From Schizochytrium sp. TIO01 (lineage: Eukaryota; Protista; Bigyra: Labyrinthulomycetes): a stretch of DNA of 64,000 nt. The DNA lies in contig SMSO01000031.1 of assembly GCA_004764695.1 (NCBI GenBank), forward strand, positions 8,972,761 through 9,036,760, given 5' to 3'. Made by a program: the position numbers and the translations under genes. Positions within the stretch are counted from its first letter, which is position 1; every line of letters begins with the position of its first letter. The notes beneath the pieces were generated by a model. That model did no database searches. It was not told the origin of the DNA and was given only the letters and a program-made list of their open reading frames with translations. This document shows positions 50,691-64,000 of the stretch, in pieces.

Positions 50691-51834
50691 TCCATCGATT
50701 TTGTTTTCTGGGGCTCGCGCGCGGCAAATAAGTTGGAAGCTGCGCGGGGACGAGTAGGCCATGAGGATATCGACTCTGGGCTAGAGCTGGGCAGCTGAGC
50801 CAATGCCGTCACCCAAAAGCCGCGGAGGCTTGCTTCTCCACGGCCCTTCTCCGCCACCCAGAGGGGGGCAGAAGCCAACGATGGCCGCTTTTCAGACGCA
50901 GAAGACTGAGGGCCCTCCATGAGAAGGATACCATTCGGTCTTCAGACCCATTCTGAGTGGGTTCCCTTTTATTGTTTGGTTTGTTCTTCATGTGCTGATT
51001 TAATTAAAAAAATATATAAAAGTAAACACTCAAAGATTGGAAGTATTCCAAGATTTAATTTTAATTTAATTTTAATTTTGTTTTAATAATAACATAGATT
51101 TGCTCTGCGTTTTGTGAACATAATTAATAGCAAGCAGGAAGCTTTGTTTCAACTCTGGTTTCAAGTCGAATGCTAAGCAAGAGGAAGGAGTAGAAGAAGA
51201 GGAAGGGGGAAGAAGGGGAATGAATGAATGAATTAATTAATCAATCAATCAATCAATCAATCCATCAAATTATGAATCTATGACATTATGAATGAATGAA
51301 TGAATGAATGAATGAATGATAGGCTGATGAGTTGCAGTTGACTCGACAAAAAATGAACTTCTAGGGATCATCGAAAGAAAACTACCGAGATCAGCGGATT
51401 CTTAACGCTGGAAGGAAGTTAGTGCCTCATGTCGATCTGCTCTTAATGGGAGGGAGGGAGGGATGGATGGATGGATGGATGGATGGATGGACAAAAAGAC
51501 AAGAGACAAAATGACAAAATGACAAAATGACAAAAAGACAAAAAGGAAGGCGGAAAGCTGGAAACTAGAAAACTAGAAAACGGATGAAAGCTAGAAAACA
51601 ACTGGAAAGCACTCCGCCGAAGCAGGCAGCCGGAGGCACGGCGGTACCTGATTGACTCGTGTGACAAAAAAAGTAACAACAACAACAACAACCAGAGCTG
51701 ATGGTAATGGATAGCTATCATGCTCTTGGCAGGCAGCAGGCGCTTCGAAGTCTTTACTTACATGGCTCTTTCAAGTGCAGGCTGCTGGAATGTGGAAAGT
51801 ACCGAGCAATTCCAAAAAGAGGTATTGTTCTCTT

Positions 51835-51900
51835 TTTGTTTGTTTGTTTGTTTGTTTGTTTTTGTTTGTTTGTTTGTTTGTTTGTTTGTTTGTTTGTTTT
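51835..51900. repeat. (TTTG)n microsatellite
   Basis: Tetranucleotide run with one interruption. Confidence 0.93.
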
Positions 51901-54900
51901 TCTTTTCTATTTTCTTTCTTCAATTGAAAAAAATCGAGTCACTTGTAAGAGAGTGGGATAACATTTCAAACTGAGGTTACAAATAACTTCTTAGGCACTT
52001 GGAACGCAGAAGATGTTCCCCTTCTCTCTTTCTCCTTCGAAGTCTCCTCTTTCCCCTATCACCTCCTATTCCTCTCTACTGCGATGCAATGAAGTTCTTC
52101 ATTGAAGTATTATGTTAAAAAACAAATTATTAAATAGAAGCTGGAAGGTAATTTCGATTTTGTTGTGTAAACAAGTTATCTTCCGCAGTCTCTGCAGAAC
52201 CCTCGAGCTCCTCCGCCTCCGCGATAAATAAACTGGCGCTGCAAGGCTCGATTATTTAATCATTTTATTCTATTCTCTTCTATCTTGTCTGATATATAGT
52301 TATTTTATCTTATCTTATCTTATTCACGAGAGAGACACGCGCTGGGAGGCTCTGAGCTCTGATTGCGAAAATGAATGGAAAACTATCTCTCGCGATTCCT
52401 TTATTATGCACTGGAGCTCTTCGCTCTGCGACGCGTTGATCCACACGAGCGGAAGCGACCTCCGAGTCTGCGAGCGATCTTTGGGCAGAAGAGATTGCGT
52501 ACCTGCCTTCAAAGCAGTGCAAAGCCGGATGACGATGGTTCTGCCAATCGATCGATCGATCCATCCATCCATCCATCCATCGAAGCCCAACCATTACAAA
52601 CGTTGCTCAACGCGAGGAAACAACGCTCGGAATCTTAGTATGCATAACCATTTATTGAAAATAATGAATGACTGATGAAAGCTTCGCTTGATCAATTTAA
52701 TCCTCTTTGTTTAAAGCTACTATTTTTATTTTATTTTTAAATCGATGTGGGAAGTATTTTTAGCTTTTTTTAAATTAATATATAATATATATTTATTTAT
52801 TTAAGAGAATGTACTACGTTTTTAAACAATATAAATATATGTTTCTCTTTTTTTTCTTTTCTTTTCTTTTTTTATCTCTTCAAAGCAATAAACTCTGACC
52901 ATAATTGGAGAGTCATCTTCTCAGTGGCTCTGCACCACGGCATGCTACTGGGTACGAAACACGCACGAAGTCTATAATAGCAACAAGGCCACTCTGAAAA
53001 ACAAAACAACTACGCACATGGCTTAAATATAAAATGGTTTCCTACTTCGTACCAGCGATATCAGACTCAGATAAACAAAAACTTTTCGTGTAGTGGATCC
53101 TGCTAAATTTACGAGAGTCTAGGCGAATGAATGCAAATCGGAGCGGCCAAACTACTAATTCATCCACTCCAAAGGAGGTGTGGTAATTCTGATTATATGT
53201 TTTATACTTTTATTGAAAAAAATCATTTGCTCATAATCTGAGCCTCTAAAATGTCAGATAAATCTGTAAATGGGCATTTGACAAGTCGAGCTTGAGCACG
53301 GTATGCGATAGTCGCGAATATCTTCTTCGGTTCCATGTCGATCTTAACAATGAGTGTGCAACGCACCTTGATCCAATTTCAAGTGCTCAACTCGCCCTGG
53401 CTGAGGCGGCAGGACCTTCGAACCCAAGATTTCTCCGGAACTCGTTCCAAAGTCAACCAGAGCATGCAAACAGATTTCTTCGTAGTTTAAAAATAAATAA
53501 AAATACAACACCAGTTCTGTTAAATTTGACTGAGTTGGCATGAGTCGGCGACGCTCTCTCTCTCTACATGTCAGGACCTTGAAAATTGCCATGCGGCCAA
53601 ATCAAAGATCAATTCGTGAATTTTGACAATGTTATTTATACTCTCGTCTTCACTTCAGAGGCATACACGGTATGCGAGCGAGCCGTAAGCCTGCGGCTCT
53701 CAGACGATCTTCTTCAAGTTGCGCAACGCCGCATGCACGCGCTCTCTTCTTCGTTTGAAGAGAGTGTTTGCTCTGGATACTCGTAAGATCTCTTCCTCCT
53801 CCTGTCATCAACGAGCTAGCTGGCGACCCCGTGTTTTTAATAATCTGCCGCACAGATCAGCCCCTATTCGGGTATCCTCCAAAACAGCCAGTCTTAGAGT
53901 GAAGAGACGAAATTTAGAAAGAAGTTTTCACTTCAAAACGAACCGCCTGCTTATTATCGTACATGCAACCTTACGCCCTTCCTTGCCTCGCACAACTATA
54001 CATACATATACCCAACAACGAATCAATGTCCACTGCTTGGAACTGCAATTGGATATCGGGTTCCGCTTCGCAATGAATTCCACATTGCGGAAGTTCATCT
54101 TTGGCCCCATTCTTTGAATTTGTGCATGTATGTATGTATATATGTATGTGTATTTTCGTTCTTTCTTTTGGTACTTGAAAAGTCTCTCGTGGAGCTTTCT
54201 TTTGGCCTCTTCGTAGGAGGGACTTCCTTCTCTGTTAACGTGCTGGTCTACCTTAATGACGCAAGCATTGCACGGCCATAATTATGTGCCGACTGGAGCA
54301 GCCTCAATGAAAATCTTGGCTGAAATGAACGGTGATTGCAACACGCGTTCTTCATCTTCTTGCTCATCTTCGTGAAGGAGTTCGAGCTGAGATCCAACAA
54401 GCAAAGGTTTGCGGGGCTGTGCAGGCGTGTGCCTCCTCGCCACCCACTTAATTGGTTGCTTGCTTGCTTGCTTGTTTGTTGCTTGTTTGTTTGTTTGTTT
54501 GTTTGTTTGTTTACAAAGCGATTGCGTTGTTGATGGCGAGGGAGATTAATTTGGCTTGGCTTGAGGTGCATGCATCCGCAAGAGCAGGAAATGCGTGCCT
54601 GAGCGAAGTTGGCTCAAAGACACGTGCTTGTTGACGAACGTACGCGCCGTCGAAAAGTGGGAATCGAGGATTTGGATCACTGCGAATCGAGCTCGAAGCA
54701 AGTGTCGATAATGTGACTGAGATGTGCAGAGCAGTTGACGCACTGAGGAGGCTGCGCAAGGCGGCGTTGGACCTGCGCGAGTATCTCCCTCGCCTCCCAT
54801 CGCTCCGTTGGTTCAAGGTTGTGATTGCATTTGTTCGCCATTCCGGAAACATCCTTCATCCACGTGGATCGATCGACTCACGATGCCGATTCTTGTTGGA

Positions 54901-55073
54901 ATGGGATCAGAGGAGTTGATCATCGTCAACGATGGGCAGACAGTCCATCAAGCCAAGCCAAGCCAAGTCAAGTCAAGGAAGTACGGGTGAGCGAGCGCAT
55001 TGGGTTGACCAACGTACTCCCTCCTCAGCTTGTCTTCGTGGAGCTGTGAATATCCTGGCGGCGGGAAATGACA

Positions 55074-55110
55074 CATTGCATTGCATTGCATTGCATTGCA
55101 TTGCATTGCA
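55074..55110. repeat. (CATTG)n microsatellite
   Basis: About 7 perfect units. Confidence 0.93.
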
Positions 55111-55516
55111 GACCGAGCTCGAGAGAATGCATGCCAATGGGCTGCACGGACATGCCAATTCTCAGCCTCTGCTCGTTTGATTGAGCGTGCGCTTCTTTGA
55201 TTTGATTTTATATTCTTGGATTTTACTCTTCGATTGCTTCTTCTTCTTCTTCTTCTTCTTCTGTCAAGTTCTGTGGCCTCCTCCACTCCACACCTGCGTC
55301 ACCAACAGCTGGAACACGTGCATATCAACCCTCGAGGCCTTCAGCTTGCAAGGAAGAGAAGATGCCGTAGAGTGCCACGAAGAAAAGAAACCTTCGATTG
55401 AAGCCCTTTTGCAGACGCCGTCGAAAACTGGGGATGATTTTGACCCTTAATCTTCAATCTTCGCCCTGTGCTCATACTTATTCAAGATGCATTTGTTTAT
55501 ATACATGATACATACA

Positions 55517-55547
<31 letters not shown>

Positions 55548-58319
55548 GCATTCGTCCACACAAGTACTGCTAAAGTGCATCTCTACCCATGCCCTCCATC
55601 CATTCATCCATTCACTTCAAGCTGCTTCTTCTTTTTGCTAGTTTCTATAAGTTAAGTAACTTCATTCATTCATTCATTCATTCGTTGCCCGTCCATGTAT
55701 CGTGGTTCAAAGTTCATCGCATATCTCGCTTGAATCCTGTTGAAAGGCCCACAGCCGCTGCCCAACAGCAGTAGCTGTTGTAAGGCGATTGAGTGAAAGA
55801 TGTTTTCTTCTTTCTATTTTTAACAAGTTGGGATAACTAAAGAGGCGGATATTACGTCGGGTGCTAGCTATAGGCTGCCTCCGATATAATATAGCACCAC
55901 GAGTGACCTGGCTAGGTAATACTCCTCTCACAAGTCAGAGGCTACTCCTATATTGAAGCGGCAGGTAGTAGGTACAGTCCCTTTCCTGCATCACTAATAA
56001 ATTGTTTTAAATCTGAATGCCAGTTTTTGTTTTAATGGATAAACAAAAAAACTTTGCTTTGAAATAAATACGTCAATAAATGAAGTTGAAGACCATCCAT
56101 CTTTCTTAGCTGGAGCGAAACCAAACAAGCCAAGGCTAAGGACGCAGGCACACGCCCGATGGTGGCCAGGAAGCACAGCGTTGAGATAGCGAGTCGATGA
56201 TGGAGAAAGGACCACCCAACCAAAAGGATGAAACTTCGAAGCAGCAACGGCCTTCGGGGCCTTCGTGTTGACGGAATGACGAGAACTTCACTCAGTCAGG
56301 CCGCTTATTAGAACCGAAGCCATTGAAGTTGTGACTGATCCGGGAACGAAAGTGTGAATCCGCGGAAGGAAAGCTAAAAAAAGCTTTGCAAACACTGATT
56401 TGACGTTTTTGATGCTAAAAACAAGAGCAACTTGAAGCAAGAAGAAAAACGTGCAAGTGTAAACAGAGGAGGCTTTAAATCTGTTGATGCATCTTTCATC
56501 ATTTGTCTCTGCGAGGGTAGCGGTGCGGTAGCAGGTCTTATGTCAAAAAATAAAATATATAAACCAATAAAAAACAAACTTAGAAGATAACGAACTTGAA
56601 CTTTCTTCTATTCGTTTGTTTAGTATACCGACGTGGTAGCTTGAGTTTGAAAGGAACAGCATAAAATGACTTGGGTCCTACAGAAGAGAGTAGAAACCAT
56701 CATAGACGAATCGAAGCAACCACACTTTTTCTGGCACTTGACAATCCGACAATCATTCTCTTCAAGTTGATTTGCCTTTGCTTCGAGAAGTTTGATTTAT
56801 TTCTGGTTAGGGCTTCGAAGCGGGTTCGTTGCCCTCGTGCTTTGGATAGATAAAACCTCGCGATATTGACTTCTATAGCCAACCAGAGATGAATACAGGT
56901 GCCTACTCAGCCAACCATTCACGTCGCGAAAACCAGCCAAACAAACAACTTGAAACTCGAAACAAACAAACAAACAAATAAACAAACAAACAAACAAACA
57001 AATCGATCAGACTGGCATCAATTAGCTCAGCAAGTAACAGTTCTTCTCAAACTTGAAAGGTGGTGGGCGAGATCGTTCTTTATTGAAAGTAATATGGAGT
57101 GGATCGATTTTAGTGTTGATCACATGTTTCTATTTTAAGATAACTCTTATTTTCATGACCAGTTAGTATAATAAGTGCAGCAACTTCAATAAAGTTTAGT
57201 TAGTACCTAATCTTGCTGACTACTCTCATTAAGTAATGCTAATGAGCGAGTAGTTTAGGTACTTCGAGTTTCCTTTGGAAGATGATGTACTGCACGTTTG
57301 TCTGTTTTGCTTCTCTTTTGGGGTACTATAAACCCCTAAGTACTGGTACTTTCTTCTTTTTCTTTTTTGAAGAGTGAACTCTGTTAGACCCCGGAACCTT
57401 TTAATGAGAGTGTCGATTTGGAACTTCTTCCACTTTCTAGAAACGTTTTCATTGTCCCTTTTAATATTTGTTTTAACCTAATTTTACTTCTTGGAAAAAA
57501 AATGAACACTGCTGTGCTCTATTATTGTGATCTTGCGATTTCATCACTTTAGACTTAGCTGAAGCCTCAGAATGGTTAAAATAAATAACGCTCCTAGAAC
57601 AAGAAGCGCGCAAGCAAAAGCAAATACAACCTTGAAACTACAAGGTCACTTATCGTCGAGGCATGTCAGAAAAGAACGACAAGGTTTCCAAGTCTAAAGC
57701 ATTCTCCCAAAACAAGCAGGACTAGAAAATGACGAAAAAGGGAGCCTCCCAAGATGATCGTAGTGCCCTCTCATAATTCTGTGCACAGTCTGCTCACAGT
57801 TAGACATAAGGTGCACTTTGCAATTATGCGCGCCTTTTTTGAAGCGGTTCGCGCAAAGTTCGACATATCCATCATGACTAGCAAGCCAGGAACCCCAACT
57901 AGACTCCCCTGGTGCCCCTCTCCTATGGAGGACTTCATCTGATGGGTGACCTTTCTTCAAAGCTTGCAAGTTTTTTAGTTTCTTTAAACCTTGGGTGCCT
58001 CACTTCCATTTGAATCTCTTCTTTAACCCATTTCTGGAAGATACAACTACTATCTATACTCATAGTCAGAAGTAGTGTTAAGTCAATCCCCGCATAATCT
58101 TCTCTATTCCACATATTTGATACAAAGTTAGTCTCTTCTTTTCTTTGCTTTTATATAGAAGCATTATTTTCTTTCTTTCTTTTCAAACTCAATGAAGTAT
58201 TTACTTAGGTAAAGAATAATAAAAATATGGTTTTAAAATATGGTTTGTACACGACAATATTTCTTACTATAATAAGGCTAAGACTTGAAACTCCTTCTCT
58301 TTGAATACTGCCTATATCA

Positions 58320-59790
58320 CTGTTGTTCTCTCATGATCATTTCTGTTTTACCAATCTTAGATATGGTCCTGATTCCATCCGTAGTAAGTGGAGGAGAGCA
58401 ACCACAAAGCTAGCAGAAACGCTAATGATTGGCTGTGTGGTATTTCTTACTCTAAAAGCAATTGCAAAGTCTGAGTGTCGATGTTCTTTTATCTTCTCTG
58501 CTCCCACTCACTTCACATAAAAAACAAAATGCCTCTTTCTCTGTCTCTGCCGCTGTGACAAACGGAGAACTTGTCCTTTTCTCTTCTTATGATGAAGGTC
58601 AGACAGTTCGTCCGTGAAGAGGACTACTTTGGAATAGATTGCTTAGTGTGCCTTAATTGCCTTACTGACCGTGGCGGTTGTGGACTCGCAAAAAAAAAAG
58701 TTGCTTCATTCCAGCTTGTTAAATGCGAGGACCCCTTATGGTTCCAGGACCGCATACCCTAAGCTCTAGCCAAACCTTAGATTTTAAAACTTAGATTAAT
58801 AAGTAGAATCAGTTTTGTTTCTTGAAATATTCTCTTTCCGTTTAAAAATCCTCTGGAATGAAATACATTGCGAAAATTAAAGTTTTGTGCAAATAGGTTA
58901 TGAACATATGATCAAATTCGATTGTTTCATAAAACTTTACACAGGGTCCGACCAGCAGAAAGAAAAAGAGAAAGAGTTTTCATTAAAGGAACATTACATA
59001 TAATTTTTTAATTGAATACTCTCTTTTTAATTGATGCACGTGAATGATCAAACTAATTGGAATGTTTTAAAACAAGAATTTAAAAGTCATATAATTTTTA
59101 TGTTATATTTTATTATTTTTAATAAATGTTTTTACAACAACACTGCATTAAATTGAGATGAATATTAGTGATCTGTCGAGGTTGCCTTCTTTTAATCCGG
59201 AATCCCCAAAGTAAAAGTATTGCTCGAATTAGTTTTTTGTTAATAAAATAAAAACAATGGTATCTAAGTATGATATACTGGACATCTTTTTGCTCCAACT
59301 CATGATGCGTCTCTCTCTCTTGAGCGTTAAGCCCCACTTAAATACCTTACCTACGTGTCCATAATGCAGAATGGCGGCGGACGGGCGGGCCTTGTTTCAG
59401 AATGATAGACCAATAAACATATAAAATAATTAAAGACATAAATAGACATTTAAAATATATTTTTTTATTCTTATTCTTCTATATTTAAAAATAATAAATA
59501 AACAATAACAAATAAATAAAAGCAGCGGAGTCCGAAAGGACTCTTTGCAGAACCCAGATCGATTGGTTGATTGATGGATGGATTGATTGATTGATTGGTC
59601 AAGATCTTGAACAACGCAGACAAACTATGCATTGGGCAAGAAAAGAAAAGTTCAATTGGGCAGAACGAAGACAACAAGGAAAGACGGACTCTTGGAAAAA
59701 GAAATACCAGCTCTCACGAAGACCTGTTCATTTATGCGAATTCGCATGGCCTCATAAAGTACGTGGGCGGATTGTATCATTTCTATTTAA
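58320..59790 (+). pseudogene. Decayed RNI-like LRR fragments (plus strand)
   Basis: LNCLTDRGGCGLA (ORF 58571) and SSHEDLFIYANSHG (ORF 59595). Confidence 0.35.
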
Positions 59791-60866
59791 TTATTTGCAA
59801 CATACTATTTATCTCCATAACTAATACTTACTTACTCTCGCACCAAGAGGAGGGGACCCACGCAGCCTTTCCCTTCTGACTTTTAAGGCCGGGGGAAAGG
59901 AAAAAGGACATAGAAGAAAGAAAATAAGAGCTTTTCCTCTTTTTTGCTTCTTTGTCCATCGCGTGCTGGAAACGAGGATTGAGAGAGGATGGCCCGGCTG
60001 AGGACGAAGGTGGCAGTGATAATGGCGTGGTGCTGGTATCCGATAGCGCCTTTATTTATTTATTTGGCTCGCCGGTCCCTTAGTGTCTCTTCTGCTTGCT
60101 GTTTGTTTGCAACTGGTTCTCTCTTCTCTTGTTGGTCTTCTCCTTTTTCTTTTCTTTTTGGTCCCTCATCTTACTTACTTACTTAGTTTCATGGAAAAGC
60201 AATCAATCACCTCCAACTCTGCTCAAAGAAAGGCAGGCAGGGAGGTACCCTTTTAGCTATGCAATTCCATTGGCCCCGCCTCCTCTTTACTTTGAGCAGA
60301 GCGCGTCTGAGTCTGCGGATGGACTCATTCTTCGCTTAGAGAGAGAAGAGAAGAGAAGAGAAGAGACTGGCTTGCGATAACGAGTGCACCAACCCGCCCA
60401 AGAGGCGGTTTGGGCACTCTTCCTTTTCAAGTTGTACATTCATTCATTACTGTTTGTTTGTTTGTTTGTTTGTTGAAGTTATAATTTGTTTTGGGATTTT
60501 CTTCTTTTTCTTTTTTAGTGTCCGAAGAAGAAAGAAGAGAAAGAGGGACTGAGGACTGACTTTCTTTTTTGTTTTCTCTTAGTTTTTGTTTTCTTCTTTC
60601 TAAGTTATGGTATAAAAGGAAGCAGCGAGGCGAACAACATTTACAGAACCAAGACGGAACAAATATGGAACAAGGCGGGGAGGCAAACGAAGCAGCAGCA
60701 AATTCGAAATTGAGACACCAATCGACTCACAAAGAAACAAAGCGCATCGACGAATTGATTAATTGAATGATTCATTGATTCATTGATTGACTCATATAGC
60801 AACCGATTGCACTCTGCTAGCAGATAACAAGTGGCGAGACCAACAGGCACTCTTGCCTTCCGTTTA

Positions 60867-60925
60867 AGCAAGCAAAGCAAGCAAAGCAAGCAAAGCAAGC
60901 AAAGCAAGCAAAGCAAGCAAAGCAA
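60867..60925. repeat. (GCAAAGCAA)n nonanucleotide tandem, ~6 units
   Basis: Perfect 9-mer tandem. Confidence 0.93.
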
Positions 60926-61059
60926 GGAGAAGAGGTCGAAGACTCTACAACTTACTTTTGCTCCCTAAGAAAAGAGGAAGAGAGGGGAAAGGCAAAATAG
61001 CAATTCGGTCTTTCTTTTGGTTTCTATCCATCTCTTCTGAACTCCTTTTGCAAGAATAA

Positions 61060-61540
61060 GAGATTTTGATCGATCGATTGAAACAGCGTCGCAAATCAGA
61101 ATCGATTTGCTCTTACTGCAAGTTTTGCTGCTGTAGCACAAACCAAGCTGTACTCCTTCACCTGCCAGGCACGTGTGCTGCAACGAGTCAGCAAACCCTA
61201 GAGGACAAAAGTACCTTGCATTGCAACCAGGGACCAAGGTCACGTGCATCAAATCGAGGCGCTTGTGTATTGGGGTTGCAAGGCTGTAGGCGTGAAATTC
61301 GGGACTTGCAGAATTACCTGCGAAAAACCTTAATATTACTGCTACTAGTTCTGTGCAACTGTGCAAGACTTTAGGCTACTACTATTCGCCTAGATATTTA
61401 CCTGGGGCGTAAACATTTAATCTCCCAATCACTTGGTCCGCGGACAATAACCAAAAGATTTCAAGAACTCCAACGACAACCCGCGCGCCTTTGGATATAC
61501 ATCGCACACTTTCCAAATAATTAGACTTACGAGAACCCCA
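61060..61540 (-). pseudogene. Decayed RNI-like LRR fragments immediately upstream of the last gene
   Basis: KRLDLMHVTL and FADSLQHTCL..LGLCY (ORF 60965); CISKGARVVVGVL (ORF 61382). Confidence 0.35.
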
Positions 61541-62058
61541 CCCTGTATAACGAGTGTGACGCTGCTTTCTCCAATTCATCGTCTGAGACTCGTGGCACGA
61601 GATCAATTCAAGGCTTACCAGCTACCTTCTTCCTATTTACAGGAAATCTAATCTCCTTCCGCTAACAGTTCTCTCCAAACCCGAAACCTTTTGTAGCATC
61701 TTCGCTGCATACCACAGCCTTCAAGTGAAAGTCTCCCATCTTGCTTATTGTCTCAAGCAAGGAAACACTTCCCGGGTATCTTGACGAAATCAAAATCAAG
61801 CCTCAAGATTCACATTCCTTGAACCTTGTGGGTGACCGTCAAGACAGCATCAGCTCTATCTCACAGATACAAGACAGAACAGGGCGCACTCAAATCGCAC
61901 AGAAATCTTTCGCTGGTACCACTGGGTTCTCGTCCTCGACTCCTGTTCCCACGTTGCAGCCTCGAGACAAACCCACGAAGCTACCAGCTGAACAGAGCAT
62001 AGGAGTTACATCCGGTGCAACATCTGCACGTGCGAGTGGCGGGCTTTTGAAAAAAACA

Positions 62059-63456
62059 ATGGCCACTGCTGGTATTAAGAGAACTTCAACCTCTGCATTT
62101 GGCCTTGACGAGCCATTCGACTTATTTTACACTAAACGAACCCGCCGCGACAACGAATTGGACTGGCCCATGTATCAAAACAATTTCAACAACAACAACA
62201 ACAACAACGGGAACGGTACGAGTTATACTTTCGGTTTTGACACAGACATACCCCCTTTTTTGGCATCTTTCACAAGTGAACCGTCTGCCCAGCGCAACCA
62301 AGACCTTCGTCATGGAGGAAACATCTTTCGTGAGGAGGAGGTTAATCCTGGCCATCAGCTTAGCTCAAGTGCATTCCCTCCGTTTATGAGTTCTCAGGTG
62401 GAAGATACGGTTGAGGTCAATCTTGGTAATGGTAGGACCGCCCCCGAGCATAACGTCCCCCCGCCACCACCTACATTGCTTACTCACCACTCACTCTCGG
62501 CTTTTTCATCATCATCTTCTTCTTCTTCTTCTTCTTCTTCTTCTTCTTCCTCGACGTCTTCAGTTGCCTCTGGCACACCCTATTTGGCACATCAATATAG
62601 CGCACCCCCACATCTGATCAGATCACCCCACGACGCAGATGAGGATTACTGGGCTATGGTGGCCTCGGCACTAGGCAGCAACGAGCAAGAAGGTGGATTT
62701 TTTTCACATCATGGTCAAGGAAACACTGGAGCTGCCTTGCATAGCAGCCAGGCTTCCCGCAGCTTTGAGCCACCCTTGCATCTGATGCAAGAGCGGAGCA
62801 TTTCTGCACCAGCAGCAGCTATGATCAAGCACGAGCAAGAGGAGCAAACGATCTCTAGTGAAGACTTGGATCACCTTCATCAACATGATGAACATGCGGT
62901 TAAGGAGGAGCCCAAGTCCCCAAGTAACAGCAGTGTCAGCAGCAACAATCCCAATGTCACCGGCTCACATAATGGGGACGGAACCTTTACAGGTCACAGC
63001 GAGCCAATTGTTCGTACAAGTTACCTTGCAATCAACCAGAGTGGTCTCGCATACCAAATCTTCATGCGCCACGTGCAACAAGATAACGAGAATGATACCG
63101 CTGATGCATCCCAGGTTTTCTCCAAGCAATGCTTTGAGGAGTGGCTTAATACTCGCCTCACACCTTTGAAAAACCCTTTCGAATCTTATCGCCGCGCTCT
63201 TCTTGCTCATGTTACTGGTCTCGATGGCCGCAAACCCTTTCCTCCTTCTGTAGAGCAGGACATCCTTCGCATTGTTCGCATAAGCTCGATTTGGCCTTGT
63301 TTTGAGGGCCATACATTACCAAACGGGCGCCCTGTTCAAGTTGGTATCTATGGTTTCCGCGGCTATGGTTATTGGGAAAAAAATGCTGCTAGTCATAGCC
63401 AAGATGTTAAAACCGAAACCGAGGACTCGCGCATGCATCGCCACTTTTCTCGCTAA
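62059..63456 (+). CDS. Putative transcription regulator: low-complexity N-terminus (poly-N, poly-P, poly-S, His-rich) and C-terminal globular domain of unknown family
   Basis: First ATG is at 62059 (track start 61741 is TTG; frame closed by TGA at 61726). 465 aa with basic KRT..KRTRR motifs and a VKEE SUMO-like motif. C-terminal domain: AYQIF..CFEEWLNTR..P.KNPFESYRRAL..GRKPF..IWPCF..GFRGYGYWE. Acceptor-like CCTATTTACAG ends at 61642. Confidence 0.75.
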   Translation: MATAGIKRTSTSAFGLDEPFDLFYTKRTRRDNELDWPMYQNNFNNNNNNNGNGTSYTFGFDTDIPPFLASFTSEPSAQRNQDLRHGGNIFREEEVNPGHQLSSSAFPPFMSSQVEDTVEVNLGNGRTAPEHNVPPPPPTLLTHHSLSAFSSSSSSSSSSSSSSSSTSSVASGTPYLAHQYSAPPHLIRSPHDADEDYWAMVASALGSNEQEGGFFSHHGQGNTGAALHSSQASRSFEPPLHLMQERSISAPAAAMIKHEQEEQTISSEDLDHLHQHDEHAVKEEPKSPSNSSVSSNNPNVTGSHNGDGTFTGHSEPIVRTSYLAINQSGLAYQIFMRHVQQDNENDTADASQVFSKQCFEEWLNTRLTPLKNPFESYRRALLAHVTGLDGRKPFPPSVEQDILRIVRISSIWPCFEGHTLPNGRPVQVGIYGFRGYGYWEKNAASHSQDVKTETEDSRMHRHFSR

Positions 63457-64000
63457 GGGTATTATTTCCTTTTTGAAACAAGCTATTGAGGACAAATTAA
63501 TTCATACGATGGATTGAAAACGAAATAAGAAAAGCTTGCATTTACGTGGTTTTATTGATTTGTAATCAATCAAAGTGGTCCTTCCACCACGACGCCTGCG
63601 ATGATACGAGAACATGTTGTGTGATAGATTTATTTTCGTGCGATGCTGGTCAGGGTCTCTTCTTTGATCCTCCTTTGCGCCCCGCTATATCTCTTTCGAT
63701 ATGAGACACTTTCTTGTCTTGTACATGCCCATCTCAGCTCCAGCATGAAAAAATCTTTGGACTCTTAAATGAGCACATTTGGCTACTAGGATAATGCCCC
63801 AAACTTATATGCGCCATTTATCAAAAAGGTCATTCTCACGATGCAAGGAAAACACCACGCTTTATCATGACGCTTGCACATGCCGTACACGCGCAGAACG
63901 AATACTGTTCTTTTGGGAGATCACTCCAGAGATCACACGGTTCAAAATTGGTATTCTAAAACAAATACCACCTTTTCATAGTAAAGTATATATCAAATTA

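Overview
Eukaryotic genomic DNA. A thraustochytrid/labyrinthulomycete protist is my inference from the intron-poor CDSs, candidate 5'-UTR introns, abundant microsatellites and gene families. Bases 1-20 kb are gene-dense: three tandem Cys-rich scramblase-family genes, a decayed RCC1-repeat pseudogene, a stand-alone P-type ATPase actuator-domain protein lacking the membrane helices and the TGES motif, QCR7, a GT-A glycosyltransferase-like gene, a decayed IS607-type serine resolvase and a double-hotdog thioesterase. Bases ~20.2-61.7 kb contain no convincing intact gene. Six-frame reading of this stretch shows many heavily decayed RNI-like (NLR-type) leucine-rich-repeat fragments in strand-consistent blocks, broken up by microsatellites, including a perfect (CAAT)106 array. 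The window ends with a transcription-factor-like gene that has a low-complexity N-terminus and an unassigned C-terminal globular domain. All family calls come from motif recognition by eye; no searches were run.
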